From: Cardiobacteriales bacterium
GTDB lineage: Bacteria; Pseudomonadota; Gammaproteobacteria; Cardiobacteriales; Wohlfahrtiimonadaceae
NCBI GenBank assembly: GCA_030150565.1
Contig: JASLFR010000026.1
Location: forward strand, 1-40,722
Direction: 5' to 3'
DNA: 40,722 nucleotides
The translations under genes were made by a program, and so were the position numbers. Below, in pieces: positions 38,014-40,722 of the stretch. The notes under the pieces were generated by a model that saw only the letters and a list, made by a program, of their open reading frames with translations, did no database searches and was not told the origin of the DNA. Numbering within the stretch: the first letter of the stretch is position 1; each line of letters opens with the position of its first letter.

Positions 38014-38886
38014 TTAAATTTTTTTATTAACATCTTTAGGATTGCTAAAGAGCGTCAAGATGAGTCCAGAGAGAATGATGAGAAGCGCACCGAGCCAGCC
38101 ATAGATTCCTAATCGTTCTCCCCAGAAAAAGTGGGAGATAAGTGCGCCAAAGAGCGCATTTAGGTAGTAGAAAGGGGCGAGGATTGAGGCATCTGCCAGC
38201 CGATTAGCGCGGGTGAGCCAGATCTGCCCAAGTGAGCCAAAAAAGCCCATTCCTAAAACAAAAATCCAGATCAATCCCCCTTTAGGGAGGGTAAATTGGG
38301 TGAAAGCGCCATAAACAAGAGAGAAGATGATCCCCGTTAATGAGAAGTAGAAGACAATTTCAGAGCCCTCTGCCACTTTAGTCATCCGTTTAACCGCCAC
38401 CATCGCCATCGCTACAAAGAGCCCTGCAATGATGGGGAGCAGGGAGAGGAGGGAAAATTGTGGTTTATCCACCCCCGCAAGGAGCCACGAGCCGATCATC
38501 GCCAGTAGAAAGCAGGGGATCAGAAGCCAAGAGAGCCGCTCTTTTAGCCAGATGAAGGCGAGAATAGGGACGAAAAGTGGCGTTAGGGAGCGCAGAACGG
38601 TTGCATCTGATAGTGGGAGGAGCGTTAGAGAGGTGAAGATTAAAATCATCCCAATCTGCCCTGATAGGGAGCGTATGGCGTGGAGCGGAAGCCGTTTTAG
38701 GGAGTTTTTCATCTCACCGCTTCTCATAAAGAGGGGAAACATCCAGATTAAGGTGAAGAGATTACGAAAAAAGATGATGGAGGCGACAGAGAGCTCTCCC
38801 CCTAATGTCTTAATAATGCTATCCATCAGCGCAAAGCTGAGTTGCGAGAGGATGATAAAGAGAATACCGATCTGTGTAGGTGTCAT
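38014..38886 (-). CDS. DMT-superfamily (EamA-type) transporter
   Basis: 290 aa with about 10 TM helices in two EamA-like halves. Confidence 0.75.
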   Translation of the reverse strand: MTPTQIGILFIILSQLSFALMDSIIKTLGGELSVASIIFFRNLFTLIWMFPLFMRSGEMKNSLKRLPLHAIRSLSGQIGMILIFTSLTLLPLSDATVLRSLTPLFVPILAFIWLKERLSWLLIPCFLLAMIGSWLLAGVDKPQFSLLSLLPIIAGLFVAMAMVAVKRMTKVAEGSEIVFYFSLTGIIFSLVYGAFTQFTLPKGGLIWIFVLGMGFFGSLGQIWLTRANRLADASILAPFYYLNALFGALISHFFWGERLGIYGWLGALLIILSGLILTLFSNPKDVNKKI

Positions 38887-38895
38887 TTTAGCCTT

Positions 38896-38920
38896 AAAAA
38901 AAGAGCGCGAGAGGCGCTCT
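38896..38920 (-). terminator. Rho-independent terminator after tex
   Basis: On the - strand: AGAGCGC, loop CTCTC, GCGCTCT, TTTTTTT. The T-run ends about 10 nt before the DMT start codon. Confidence 0.75.
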
Positions 38921-38939
38921 TAATATTTGATTGAATCGA

Positions 38940-40722
38940 TTAGCGTTTAAGCTTTTTTAGTGCCGCAAAGGGATTATTGATCGGTGCATTTTTCTCTTCC
39001 CGCTCACTCCGTTTATTCGGCTTTCTCTCCCGCTTATTATTGGGGGACCTCTTCTGATTATTGATCTCATTAGCATCATCCGTTAGACGCATTGAGAGCC
39101 CAATTCGTCTCCGCTCAAGATCGATCTCCATCACCTTTACAGTGACGATATCTCCAACTGAAACAACAGAGTGGGGATCTTTAATGAAGCGATCAGCCAG
39201 CGCACTAATATGAACTAAGCCATCTTGCCCAATTCCAATATCAACAAATGCTCCAAAGTTTGCAACATTTGAGATTACCCCCTCTAAAATCATATTCGGT
39301 TTTAGATCGCTAATCGATTCAATCCCCTCTTTAAAGTTAGCAGTCTCAAATTCTGGACGGGGGTCTCTGCCAGGTTTTTCGAGCTCTGCAATAATATCGA
39401 TGACGGTAGGAAGCCCAAATTTTTCGCAGATATAATCGTTAGGATTGAGGCTACGTAGGAGAGTATGATTCCCGATGAGTGATTCGAGCGGGAGATTATT
39501 TCTCTTCTGAATTCGTTCAACGACAGGGTACGCCTCTGGGTGGACAGCTGAGTAATCGAGTGGATTCTTTCCATCACGAATGCGTAGGAATCCTGCCGCC
39601 TGTTCAAAGGTTTTAGGGCCGATACGGGGAACTTTCTGAATCGTTTTGCGTTCAAGAAAGGGGCCATTCTCATCTCGATACGCCACAATATTTTGTGCGG
39701 TTGTCTGATTGAGCCCTGAAACTTGCGCCAATAGAGGGACAGAAGCGGTATTGATATCGACACCAACTGCGTTTACACAATCCTCCACTACAGATTCAAG
39801 GGAGCGGGCGAGCTCATTCTGATTCACATCATGTTGATACTGCCCCACACCGATCGACTTTGGCTCAATCTTTACAAGCTCAGCTAGTGGATCTTGTAGG
39901 CGGCGAGCAATCGAGATAGCGCCTCTTAGTGAGACATCGAGCGTTGGAAACTCCTCTGCTGCTAATTGTGAAGCTGAATAGACAGACGCCCCCGCTTCAC
40001 TGATGATCACTTGATTGAGATGGGGGAAGTGGCGACGAAGCTCTGCAATGAGGCGATCACTCTCTCTAGAGGCGGTGCCATTACCGATCGCAACAAGATC
40101 GACCTCATACGCTTTTACAAGCTGAGCGAGCGTTGCGAGGGATTGATCCCAGCGATTTTGTGGTGCGTGTGGATAGATCGTGTCGGTTGCGATCAATTTC
40201 CCCGTACGATCTACAACGGCCAATTTACACCCAGTTCTAAATCCAGGGTCGAGCCCCAAAATTACCCGCTCACCAGCAGGGGATGCGAGAAGAAGATCTT
40301 TAAGATTGCGAGCAAAGACGTTGATCGCCTCCGCTTCCGCCTCCTCTTTTTAGCGATTAATGAGTTCAAGAGAGAGGGAGAGGCTCAATTTAGCGCGCCA
40401 AGCAAGACGAATCGTCTCTTTGATCCAATCGGATGGATTTGAACGCTCAAAATGGTTAGCAATCATGGTAAGAGGCGCAGCTTCTAACGCTTCGGGAAGG
40501 GCTAAGTTGAGGGTTAAGAGTCCCTCATTTCTTCCCCGTAGAAGAGCGAGAGCTCGGTGTGATGGGATCTCTTTAATCGGCTCACTAAATTCAAAATAAT
40601 CACGATATTTACTCGCCTCCTCCTCTTTCTCTTTCGTCACTCGGGAGGTGAGCTCCCCCTCATCCCATAAAAATTGGCGCAATCTTCCGATTAGGGGAGG
40701 GGTTTCTGAAATTTTATCGATG
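38940..40722 (-). pseudogene. tex: Transcription accessory protein Tex/YhgF interrupted by one in-frame TAA; the 5' end lies beyond the window
   Basis: ORFs 40350-40682 (open to the window edge) and 38940-40259 are in the same frame. Together they align continuously with E. coli YhgF: [80 protein letters not shown], the S1 domain [16 protein letters not shown] and a basic tail. The only break is the TAA at 40350-40352, read as tta on the + strand. Confidence 0.85.

Noticed and set aside
38429-38923. 164-aa + strand ORF across the DMT transporter gene. Similar antisense or out-of-frame ORFs overlap tex (39302-39766, 40011-40442, 40360-40599).
   Set aside because: Each lies opposite or out of frame to a gene with clear family features. 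The translations are Arg/Ser-rich with no recognisable domains.

Overview
This looks like ordinary core chromosome from a gammaproteobacterium; I cannot name the species from sequence alone. Nearly all long ORFs are recognisable housekeeping genes in well-known syntenic blocks. On the + strand these are hfq-hflX-hflK-hflC-purA-manB, kdsD-rep, and ndk-rlmN-pilW-rodZ-hisS-yfgM-bamB-der. On the - strand they are pgpB with a Cof-type phosphatase, lptG-lptF-tgt, loiP-recN, and a DMT transporter next to tex. The centre (about 19.5-27.5 kb) is a cobalamin-uptake locus: an unknown membrane protein, a TonB-family protein, an ABC ATPase, a FecCD permease, a cobalamin riboswitch, btuB, a small DUF3870-like protein and a BtuF-like binding protein. 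A self-contained module with different codon usage interrupts this locus: a promoter-like element, a structured RNA of about 210 nt ending in a 26-bp hairpin, a stand-alone CsiD/GlaH-type oxygenase gene and its terminator. I saw no tRNA or rRNA genes, CRISPR arrays, transposases, integrases or recognisable defence genes, and I cannot point to a clear new multi-gene system. The items most worth a second look are the structured RNA upstream of csiD, the small unknown protein just downstream of the riboswitch-controlled btuB, the unknown membrane protein coupled to tonB and the ABC genes (no exbBD in the window), an in-frame TAA inside tex, hflX lacking a canonical start codon for its conserved N-terminus, a T4 endonuclease V-type glycosylase gene, and the absence of ispG from its usual rodZ-hisS slot. 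All homology statements come from reading the translations by eye and from memory of the protein families. No searches were run.
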